Positions 13,481 through 24,281 of a stretch of DNA of 64,000 bases are shown here, piece by piece. A program made the translations under genes and the position numbers. Source of the stretch: Azolla caroliniana (taxonomy: Eukaryota > Plantae > Polypodiophyta). Within the stretch, counting starts at the first letter, position 1; the number at the start of each line of letters is the position of its first letter. The stretch lies in NCBI GenBank assembly GCA_043228905.1, contig JBHGNT010000015.1, positions 7,750,001 through 7,814,000 of the forward strand, written 5' to 3'. The notes under the pieces are model-generated. The model did not search any database. It was given only the letters and a program-made list of their open reading frames with translations, and had not been told where the DNA came from.

Positions 13481-16400
13481 TGTAAAAGGAATAGCATGTG
13501 CGGAAGCGTATGTGAAACACAAAGTGCATAGTTTTGGAAACAACAGAAAACACAGAGATGGAGATGGAGAGGGAGAGACACAAAGAGAGAGAGAGAGCAG
13601 ACAACTTAGTTCTATTTCAGAATAATGTTTCTCTGTACATCGTATGTGTTCGGTGAACACTTTTATACAAGTCAATACAGACTAATAGAAGTATCGTGTA
13701 CTTCAATGCTCACACAAGCATCTGACACTAACTATGAGACATTAACTACCTAGTAGTCTAGGCTGCTACTAGGCTTCCGGTTACTGATGGATCCGGCTAA
13801 CCGGCTCCCCAACTCACCAGCTTACTTGCTCACCGGATGTCAATCCGGCTCAGGCTTATTCAGCCGATCCGGATCCAGTTGAGCTTGCCGCTCAACACTC
13901 CCCCTCAAGCTCAACTTGAGGTCGGATCGTAGTATCAATCTCCATGGAAGCCGATACTTCCACCCAGCTCCTTCTGGAGTCACTCTGCCTCGCTCGCGCT
14001 CCTCGTCCGGTCCGGTTCCATTTGCCGCGACCCCTCCGGTTCTGCTCAACAGGCCCAATTCAGCTCCCTCGCTGTTGTGACTCCGGTGCTTGTCTACCCG
14101 TCGGTTCCTCTGTGTTGGCGTTGACTTCCACTGCGTTCTCGTCCACTTGACCTCCAATTGATTCGGTTCTTCCGAATCCGTCTGTTGAACCGAATTGGTT
14201 GTCTCCGACTCATTCCAGCTCTTGTCTGAATCGGTCGCTCCCAATTCGTCTTCCGGTTTCAGGCTCTTCACCACATCGGACCATGTTCGGGTCTTGGCCT
14301 TCTTCTTCCGGTCCGCTCTATCCTTCTTGACTCAGCCGCTGTTGCTGCTTGTTCCGACTTGTTCGGATGTGTCAACTTCCTTTGTTGACTCGACTCCTTT
14401 CTTCTTCTTGTGTCTCCCTTTTTCAGTTCTTCCCTCACCGGCGCAATCGGCAGTATCTTTGCCTTTGCCCATTCTGGTGTCTTTGCCCGTTCTCCCCCTC
14501 AAGTGTGGCACGTCGAGATGCTGAACACCAAGCATTTCGGTGAAGTGCTGCAACTTGTCCGAATTGAGCGGTTTGGTGAAGATGTCGGCAACTTGCCGAT
14601 CTGTATCAACTTCACCGCTCAGGACACGCTCATGCACGAAGTGGTAGTGCACTTCTATGTGGTTTGTGTGAGCATGGAATACAGGGTTCTTGGCGAGCTG
14701 CATGCTGCTTATGTTGTTGCAGTACATCAGGATCGAGGTCGGCACCTCGATCTGCAGGTCTTGCAGCAGTCGCCGAAGCCAAATGGCTTCAGAAGTGGCA
14801 ACGGTAGCGCTCCGGTATTAAACCTCAGTGCTCGAAAGGGACACTGTTGGTTGCTTTTTGCTACTCCACGCAACAACCACGCTACCAAGGGAAAACATAT
14901 AGCCGGAGAAGCGATCCGATGCATTGCCAACCCAGTCGGCATCGGTGTAGCTGACTAGCTCTTTGGTTATACCATGTCGGTATAACAGCCCTTGTTCCTT
15001 CGTGCCGCTCACATATCGCAAAATTCGATGCACACACAGAAGGTGCTCCACGGTTGGCTTCTGCATATATTGGCAGATCACGCTGAACGGATAACTGTTG
15101 TCGGGTCGGGTGATTGTCAAATATATAAGGCTTCCGACAATTTGTCAGAACCACTTCTCATCGCAGGCCAGTACGGAGTCAAGACAGAGCGTCTGGTTCT
15201 GGTCCAGGGGTGTAGAGATAGGTCGGCATTCCGCAATGCCGAACTTTTATAGCATATTCAACACATAGTGTCTCTGTGAGAGCAATATGCCGTCGGGGGT
15301 TCGGATCACCTCGATCCCAAGGAAATAGTGAAGGTCCCCCATGTCCTTCATCTCAAATGCATTTGATAGTTGGGACTTGACTCGACCGATTTCATCGAGT
15401 CTAGGTCCGGTGATGACTAGATCATCAACATACAACAATATGCAAACCTGACCATTCGGACCTTGCTGGATGAACAACGAAGAGTTGGACTTGGAGGCTG
15501 CAAACCCCATCTTACGCAACCGGTGCGTGATCTTCACATTCCAAGCTTGGGGGGCTTGCTTGAGGCCATAAAGTGACTTCTTTAGCTGGCATACCACCGA
15601 CTTGTTCATCGCTGACTGGAAACCAGAGGGTTGGGTCATAAAGACCTCTTCTTGAAGATCACCTTGAAGAAATGCATTCTTCACGTCCATCTGGTGAAGA
15701 TGTCACCCCCTTGCCGCAGCAACCGCTAGCACCACACGAATCTTCGTCATCTTTGCTACCGGAGCGAAGGTCTCGTCCTAGTCGATTTCGTGGGTCTGCG
15801 CGTATCCCTTTGCCACTAACCAGGCCTTGTACCGGTTAACCGACCCATCGGCATTGTACTTTACCTTGTACACCCACTTACATCCGATCGCTTTACAATG
15901 TCGGGGAGGGTCAACTAGGTCCCATGTGTCGTTGGCATCGAGTGCCCGCATTTCTTTCTCCATAGCGGCACGCCAATTTGCGTCCTTTGCCACTTCTGCG
16001 TAGCTCTTCGACTCACGCACTTCCGCCACCTTGGTCATGTACGCATAGTGATGCGCCATGTGGTCCTTGTACTTGTACCGCTTTATGGGGTTCTTCTGGT
16101 GGGAAGACCGGCGTAACTTATCGTTACCCGGTTTGGGGCCCTTCATGGCCATTTCGAACTTCGTTTTCGAAGATCCACCTTCATCCTTGCCGGAGTCAGA
16201 TTCACTCTGATCCGAGTCAACGTTGCCGGTTTCGTATTCCAACATCTTCTTCTTCCCTTTCTCTTTGCACGTGAACTGTCTCCTCGGTTCCTTGCGTGGG
16301 GAGAGCATGGTAGAATCTCCACTACTTGCCTATTCCTCATCCAACTGGTCATCCCGACTCAGCCGCTCATTTGGTTCACTTAACCGAAATGAGATCAGAC

Positions 16401-17992
16401 TCTCTTCTAGAGTGCCGAGGTCTTCATCTTCTATCGGCACCGGTTCAGGCTCACTAGCCTCATCCTGTGGTATCGGGTTGGGGTCGGAAGTCGGAGCCGG
16501 TAAGACATACCATGATGCCGTCTCATCAAACTGAACATGCCGGCTAACTCGGACCTGATTCGTCTACGGGTTATAACACTTATACCCCTTTTGCTCATGC
16601 GAGTAACCGACCAGGATGCATTTCTCCAACTCTGCATCCAACTTCCTCCGTTTCTCATACGGCACATGCACATATGCAATGCTACCGAATATCCGAAGTT
16701 GTCTCAAATTCAGCTTGCATCCGAAATACAGCTCATGCGTGGACACCTTGTCACCGATCCGGTTTTGGATGTAGACAACCGTCCGGACCACCTCCGCCCA
16801 GTAGAAATGGGGCATGCTCTTCTCCTCCAGCATTGCCCTCGCCGCATTCACAATCGACTGGTTCTTCCTTTCGGCCTCACCGTTTTGCTCCGGTGTGTAT
16901 TTGCAACTGAACTCTCTCCGAAATCCTTTTTGTTGCAGATAACTGTTGAATTGGCCAGGAAAATATTTTTTCCCGCCATCCGACCGCAGGCACTTGATCT
17001 TCCTCTCCATTTCCTGTTCAACCAGCCTTTGCAGGTTCCGAAAACACTCGAAGATTTCGCTCTTCCGCTCAATGAGGTAGTTCCATGTGTGCTGGCTGTA
17101 GTCGTTGATGAAGGAGACAAAATACCGACTCCCGCCAAGACGAACATTCTGCGTCGATCCCCATACATCCGAATGAATAAGGTCGAGCTTGTTACGGCTA
17201 TGGTTTTGTTCGGTGGGGAATGGAAGCCAATGTTGCTTCCCGAGTTGGCAGGCTTCACATATTTGGGCCTTCCGGCCACTGAACTTCGGCAAACCGAAAA
17301 CAACGTGTTTCGTTTGCAGGTCTGGAAGCCTCCGGTAATTGACGTGGCCGATCCGCTTGTGCCAGAGATCAATATCTGATTCAATCTTCTGTCCTTTGGC
17401 GAAAAAAGCGGTATCGACATCATTGGTGTCGAGGATGAACATCCTCCCTTCTTTGCACCGTTGCGCAATAATCTGGCACTCTTCCTCGATGAAGCACCCA
17501 AGGTGCGTAAACCACACCTGCATCCCCTGGTCAACGATCTGACTGACTGACACCAGGTTCTTCGTTATAGTCGGAACGTGTAATACGTTCATCAGCTTCC
17601 CCCTCTGTCCGACATGGCTCAAAGGGACTTCTCCGATATGCACAATTGGGTGAGGAGTGTCGTCTCCGGTTTCGACGACTCCCGGTTGTTCCGGTTTCTC
17701 CAAAAAGGAGAACCACTCCTTGTGGCTCGTCATGTGATTCGATTCACCGGAATCAACGTATCACACTTCCTCCGGTTTGGAAGTGGTCTTTTTCATCGAG
17801 TTAGCCTCGTGTTTCATCACCAAGGCTGGCCCTTTACTGGCTTTTCCGGTTTTGGATCCTCCCGATCCTTTTGCGTAGTGCGAGTTCGCCTTGCCGGATC
17901 CGGATCTGTCTTAATCGGCACGCTTCTTCCAGCACTCGCTTTCTTTGTGGCCCTTTTTACCATAGTACCAACATTCTGTGTCGGCTTTTGCT
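13481..17992 (-). mobile_element. Ty1/Copia element I, 5'-truncated at the gag zinc knuckle
   Basis: Integrase ORF 16564..17733, RT (MDVKNAFLQG, LYVDD), RH, PPT TTGAGGGGGAG 13898-13908, 3' LTR 13481-13897. Confidence 0.93.
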
Positions 17993-19479
17993 GTAGCTGG
18001 GAAGCGTAATATCGTTGCAGACATGCTATCACGAGCAAGATACGACGAAGAAGAAGATCAACATTTTGATGAAGAGGATGTTGGCTTGGATTTCTTTACA
18101 AGTTTCTACGCTCAGATGCTGACTACTTTTCTAGAAGAGGACTACGAAGGCGAATTCATGGAGATCGGGAAATACTTGAGTTCTCTCCAAAAAGATGAAT
18201 CATGGTCGACAGAAGACTTCCACCGAATTCGGAAGAAGGCATACAAGTATTTCCTTACGGATGGAGCTCTTTGGAGGCATGCAAAAAAGAAGAATGGGAC
18301 TCCGATGAGAGTTGTCTGCATGCTGGAAGACCGACAAAAACTAAGATCTGAATTTCATGATAGTGTTTTTGTAGGCCATCGAGGAATATGGGCTATGTTC
18401 GCGAAGCTTAAGGAGAAATATTGGTGGTCGGGCACCTACGAAGATGTAGCAGCTTATGTGGAAAAATGTAAGGAATGTCAGATGTTTTCAAATGTTCGCC
18501 ATCGAGATGAACTTCATCCAACTTACCCGTTGGCTATGCATTACAAGTGGATGGTGGACATCGTAATGATGCCAATGGGGTGATGGCAGATGAAGTATCT
18601 TGTGCTCGCGAGGGAGGATCTTAACAATCAAGTTGACGGGCGCGTTCATTGAGAACCAAGGAGACATCATCAGTATACAAATTCCTTCTTGAAGATGTTA
18701 TTTGCAGATATGGATTCATCAGCAAGATAGTGGCTGATAGAGGTGAGTTGGGCACTAATGAAGCTAGAAAATTCTTCTCTAGGATGGGAATCAAATTATC
18801 TCTTACCACGACGTATAATCCTGAAGCGAATGGGAAAGAGGAATGTGGACATGGACCTATTGTGAAGGCTCCAGTGAAAGCTTGCCATGGGAAAATAAGA
18901 GAATGGCCACGTCTATTGCCATTTGCACTATGGGCTGACAGGACTACTCATAGCATGGTGACGAGATACATGCCAACAAAGCTCATATTCGAACAGAAGC
19001 CGATAATGCTAGTGGAACAAAGTATTGTTTCATGGTTTGCATTGCCATGGCAAGATGAGATAAGTAGAGATTATCTTCTAGCATTGAGGATTCGACACTT
19101 GGAGTGGAAGTTGGAATATATAGAAGTGGCTAAAGCGCAGGTAAAGAATGCAAGGCTGAAGAACAAAAAAGACTTCGACAAATGACATCGACTTTTTCTG
19201 AGGAAAATCTTTGAAGGAGATTAGGTGCTGGTCTACGACAGTAGCCTAGAAAACCAACATAGTACGACTCGAAAATTTTCACAATGATGGCTTGGACCAT
19301 ATGTGGTGAAGAAAGTGGAAGATAATGCAACATATCGTTTAGTAGAACTGGATGGTACACCACTTGCTTTGTCAATTGTAGGAAAGAGAATCAAGATCTT
19401 TAAGAGAAGAGAGGCTCCAAATCTTGAAATCGAAGCTCTAGACGATGTAGCCTCGACCATCGAGGTTATAAAAGAGTAA
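17993..19479 (+). pseudogene. pol: RNase H end + integrase of Gypsy element E (tRNA-Trp family)
   Basis: ADMLSR, HHCC zinc finger, DDE core (IVADRGE, YNPEANG), GPY motif; several stops. Confidence 0.88.
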
Positions 19480-19849
19480 TCAAAAGAGGAACCTCACCAC
19501 AATTGGCACATACCGGTGGATGTGCAAGTTTGGTGGGGGTGATTGTCGTGTGGTTTTCTACATGCGATATGAAAAAAAAAACCAATTATTTAAGATTAGC
19601 TTAATGGTTTGATATAGATGTAATCAAGAGCTTCCGAACGCATTTCACTACACATGAAACAGACAACTAAATATGAAGTTATGTGAGTATAAAGCTTGAG
19701 AAGATTGGGAAAACAAAACTGTGAGATATCCCACATAGATAGGACAAAATCGGATCCCACATTATATAAGGAGAGCTAGAACCTATTCAATATATCAATG
19801 TGTGGAGCATAGAATGTTCAAGGTGATTTGGCTAGATTGTGTGGATGAA

Positions 19850-20511
19850 TGGCTTGGATGGTTTTGGGTCGTGCCTAGATCAGCCATGGTGCACGGGTGC
19901 ACACGATTTGGATGGACGGGCGTGTGGATGGTTTTGGGTCATGGATAGATTGGTCATGGCGCACTGGTGCACCCGATTCGGAAGGATGGGCGCGTGCACG
20001 GTTCGGAAGGACGCGTGGCTCGGTGGTTCGTGACGTAGGACTTGGCAGCTCAATCGCGGGATGTGTGCACGGTTCAGAAGGACGGGCACGCGCATAGTTT
20101 GGAAGGTCGTGACTAGATCGGCCACGGCGCACGGGTGCACACGATTCAGACGACGAGTGGATGGTTTTGGGTTGTGCCTAGATCGGCCACGGTGCACAGG
20201 TGCACACGATTCGGACGGAAGGACGCGTGGATGGTTTTGGGTCGTGCCTAGATCGGCCATGATGCACGGGTGCACACGATTCAGACGAAAGGACGCGTGG
20301 CTTGGCGGTTCGTGACGCATGACTTGGTGGCTTAATCGCGGGATGCATGCACGAGTGCATGAACGGTTTGGAAGGACGCGTGGCTCGGTGGTTTGTGACG
20401 TAGGACTTGGCAGCTCAATCGCGGGATGTGTGCACGGTTCAGAAGGACAGGCACACGCATAGTTTGGACGGTCGTGACTAGATCAGCCACGGCGCACGGG
20501 TGCACACGATT
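19850..20511. repeat. GC-rich tandem array (~60-65 bp units, ~365-bp higher-order duplication) in E LTR, continuing 30614-31000
   Basis: Repeated GGATGGTTTTGGGTCGTGCCTAGATCGGCCA...GTGCACACGATT. Confidence 0.9.
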
Positions 20512-20900
20512 TGTTGTCTGCTTGGCCGGACTAGCCTCAACACAGGTGTCTATCCGACACTTCTCCAAAGGGGTGGTAAGGATTGGATGCTAGGTTGCAC
20601 GCGTAAGATGATTACACTAAGCACAGACGGTAAAACAATACAAAGACAAAGATAAACACGCAATAAGTATAATTGTATTACTTCCGTAAAGCATTTACAA
20701 ATCATCGGATCCTTTTATAGGCATCCGGCAAGGTTACAATTGGTGCGCTTAGGCAACCGGCATCCGAATCGGTCCGGATCCGGATCGGTACAACTGTACC
20801 GGATCCGTCCATCCGAATAATAAATATATTATTATTTACTTCCTATTATCCGATCCGACTCCGCCTTCCCACTTGTCCTTTCTCTTCTGACCGGCCAACA
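20512..20900 (-). repeat. 3' LTR of B (389 bp)
   Basis: Near-identical to 30195-30608, TG...CA ends. Confidence 0.96.
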
Positions 20901-20902
20901 CA

Positions 20903-20918
20903 TGGCACGCCCGTGGGA
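20903..20918 (-). promoter_or_regulatory. tRNA-3'-end-like motif TCCCACGGGCGTGCCA replacing the PPT
   Basis: Identical 16-mer plus TG to element A, immediately before the TSD-verified LTR. Confidence 0.78.
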
Positions 20919-20950
20919 AAGTGCCTTGCACTTCGAATCCACTCCCGGCC

Positions 20951-23872
20951 TCATTCTTCCTCCAAAATATCGAGCAAACTCCGCTCGAAGGTGTCATGTG
21001 GTGCCTCTTCCTCCAATTCCTGTTCCTTGCCTGCCTAGTCTCCGACCTCCGGTTGGGTTGGCTGTTCCGTAAAAATTTGCTGCTCCGGCTCTACTTGATT
21101 CTGTGGTGCCGGTGCTTCCTCACCGCTCCGTCCGGGTTCTTCCTGTTCTTCCTCCGTTCCAGGCTCTGTTCTGTTACCAGTGTCGCTTTCTCCGGTCTCG
21201 ACTGGTCGGTTCGGTGCGCCTTCTTCCTCTGCTCCGGTGTTTTCCGGTCTCAGCTCTTCTTCTTCCCCGGCATCGGTCTGCACCTGCTCTTCTTGATTTT
21301 CTTGGAACGGAAGTTCTTCTTCGGGTATTCCTTGTCGGGGTTGTTCGGTGTCGGTTGGTTCAGCTTCAGCCGGTCGCTCTCCCTCACTTATAGTGATTGG
21401 CGTCGTTCTTCCCTCGGCTTCCTGTCGTAACCGGTCCTGCTCGTATTTCTCCAACTCCAACTGAGTTGCGAGCTGCCCGTCATCCAACCTCTCTACCAAC
21501 CCTCAGATTTCTTTGAGATGTTCTTCCGCTAAAGCGTAGAAATCCTCCGACAATTCTTCCCGAATGGCGACGATACTTTCTTCATCCATCTTGTAGAACT
21601 TTTCACCGGTCTTCCTCCGATTCTCGGCATCAGCTCGGAGTGTCTGCAGCTCGGCTGCCTGTTGTGACCACTCCTTCCATAGCTTTTCCATACTTTCGTT
21701 GATGCTTGCCTGAGCTCGGGTACTCCAACATGACATGATGAGCTTGATCCGGTCATCCCCCGCTTTAGCATGCGCATGAGCTTCTTGCTTTTCCTTCCTT
21801 GCCCGTTTTATAATGTCGGCCATTATCTGAGCCTGGGCTTCGTAATCCGCTTTCTGCTTTTCATAGGCACTTTGCAGTTTGTTGATCGTGAAGGTCGATC
21901 TTTCCTTTTCTTCATTCCTGATCTTGGTCAGATCCAGCTTTCCCTGCCTTAGCGCCTCTAATTCCTTCCTTCTCTCCGTCGCTTGGGTTATTTCTGCCGA
22001 CAATGCTTCCTTTTTGGCATTGACCTCGTCCATTGTCTTAGCCAGGTCTAATCGGGTCTCTTTGAGCTGTTCTTTCAGCTTCTCTATTTGCCGGTCGTAG
22101 TCTGCTGCCCGTTTCTTGTTGTCCGACTCGGCCTGCTTGTGATCTCGGTAGAGTCGGTCGGAGTCCTCCGTCTTCTGCTTCAGGCGTCGGCTTACCTGAG
22201 CTCTTAACCGGTCGTCCCGGTCCTTCTGTTGTCGGAGTTCTTCCTGCAGTCGCTCTATCTCCTGCTCGGCCTGTCGACGCAGTCGGTCCTTCTCCTTTTG
22301 CAGCTTTTCTTTTTCTTCTTGCAGTCGGTCATTAGTGGCTCGGCCTTTCCGGAGGCCTTCTTCCATTCTTCGTCTGTCGTCCTCCACCGCTTTCCGTTGC
22401 TCCCTTTCTTTTCCCCTTAATGCCTCCTGAGCTTTTAACTCCTCTCGCAAGGTTTCTATTATTTTTTCGGCCTCAGGGCCGGTTTGCAAGGCTACCGGTT
22501 CTGGTTCCGGTTCTGGTTGCTTCCTTGTTGTCCCGACCGGCTTGGTGACAACTTGTGCTTATTGAATTCCTTCCCTCGCCTGCAACAGCTCCCCTTGCAA
22601 CTCCTGGATCTATGTTCGGAGCGCGACCAACTCCTGGGTTGTTGTATGCGTCAAGTGTTGCCTACACGTTTCTTCTTCCTCTAACTGGTCCGCTACTCCC
22701 GATACCTTCTCCAAAAACCATCTCAGCCATTGTGGCTTTGTGCTTCCTGTGTCGGAGTAGCATTGCTCACTTCTACTCCTTAACTCAGGCTGTTTTTCCG
22801 GCCTTTTCTCTGGCTCCGGCGCTTGTTCATTCCTCTTCTTTGGAATGACCGGTTCTCTGAAGTCCGGCAAAACCGGTGCCGGTACTGCTTCCCTCGGTGC
22901 GGGTTCCGGTACTGCTTCCGCCCCGGCTACTGGAGGTGGTCCTTGCGCCCTCTACTGAGTTCTGTCAACTGGTGGAGCCGGTCCTCTCGCCCGTCTCTCC
23001 CGACCTTGTCTTGCTGGGAGTCTTACCAGTGGTTCGGATGAGTCTTCTGCTTCAGCTTCCTCCTCCTGTGCGGCTACCAGACAGACCTTTTGTATAAAGT
23101 CCTCTGGTTCCGGTTCCGGCCGTCGCAGCCTTATATTGATTGGTTTGAGCGCTACTGGTTCTTCCTCGGCCGGTTTTCCTTTGCCTTTTCCTGCCGGTTT
23201 TGCCTTTGTTGCCAATTCCTGTTGCTGTCGGGATGGTCCTTCCTCCCGCTGTTCTGCTTCTTCCTGGGTCCATCCGGGGGTGTGTTTCTCCAGGATATGT
23301 CGGCGCTTTGTGACCTTTTTCGGCGTCGTCTCCTGCCGACCTCTTTTCTTTTGTTTGATGGGGAGCACCGGTGGGACTAACACCGTTAGCCATTGTGCTA
23401 TCCCCGCCCATGGCTTTTTTCCTACCACAAGGTTCTTGATGGCCTCCTTCAATCCTTCGGTTATGAAATGGAGCCAGTCCACTTGTAATCCTTCGTACGT
23501 TGCAATTAGGAACGTTGCCCGGTACCTGGCTATGGCTGGGGGACGAGAATTCACAAATCCGTATTCCATCATGGTGCGGGCCACTTCTCCGAACAGTAGG
23601 TTCTCTCCGCCCTGTGTTCGATATGCCTTGCTGCTGATGGAATACTCACCGAAATATTCGAACAGGATTTGACTTGAAGGGTTTTCGATCGTTTGAAGTC
23701 CTCCTGCTTTTATCCCCGTGAGCGCCTGCACCGCTCCTTCCGTGACTTCTGATAAATCAATCGATGCTGCCGCCTGCTCCGGTTCTGCGTGTGGTGGAGC
23801 GTCGGCGATCCGCAACAATCCTTCTAACCCGTTCTCTATCATCCCTTGGCGTGCCTCTTTCGACAGTGCCAT
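20951..23872 (-). pseudogene. Extra sense ORF3 of B (~973 aa): globular N-domain, P/E linker, coiled coil, acidic tail; four nonsense codons
   Basis: ORFs 22952..24133, 22610..22870, 21503..22489, 21035..21499 all share one frame; C-terminus DTFERSLLDILEEE matches ETLEQSILDNLGEQ in A; start codon uncertain. Confidence 0.85.
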
Positions 23873-24245
23873 TGGTTCAGATTCTTCTTCTGCTGTCTGT
23901 TGTTCGGGATCGGGATGTGTGTGCGATGTGCGTCGGATCGCTCTTCTGTGCTTCTGCGCCTGTGTGTAGGAAAATTCATAAAAAGTAAGTCCTTCGCAGG
24001 CCTGTGTCTTATATAGTGGCTTTTGCCTCGAGCTGCCCTTTTTCGTTTCCCGTGCATGTCTATCTCCCGCCATAATTAGCAATTCTTCTCTTGATTGCCG
24101 CACGTGCGTAATACCTCGTACGTCGGTGCCCACGTTCTATGCTTTAAATAGCAAGTACGCGCACGTCCTCCTTTACTTCATGGCGCCTCTTCGTTGCATG
24201 GTGGCGCTCCCACCTCTTGTGATCTCCCCATCATCATTACTTTGA

Positions 24246-24274
24246 TTTTTTTTCTTTTTTTCTTTTTTTTTTTT
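24246..24274 (-). promoter_or_regulatory. 29-nt A-rich purine tract just downstream of pol
   Basis: Uninterrupted T/C run on + strand between pol and ORF3. Confidence 0.5.
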
Positions 24275-24281
24275 GGACCTG

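Noticed and set aside
16537-17379. Long antisense ORFs over pol genes (also 61962..62753, 29520..30194, 960..1724)
   Set aside because: Shadow frames of GC-rich coding sequence with no independent motifs
19850-20511. CRISPR-like array
   Set aside because: Degenerate tandem units without unique spacers, inside an LTR, no cas genes
20951-23872. ORF3 as a retroviral env gene
   Set aside because: No evident signal peptide or transmembrane helix; the protein is hydrophilic coiled coil
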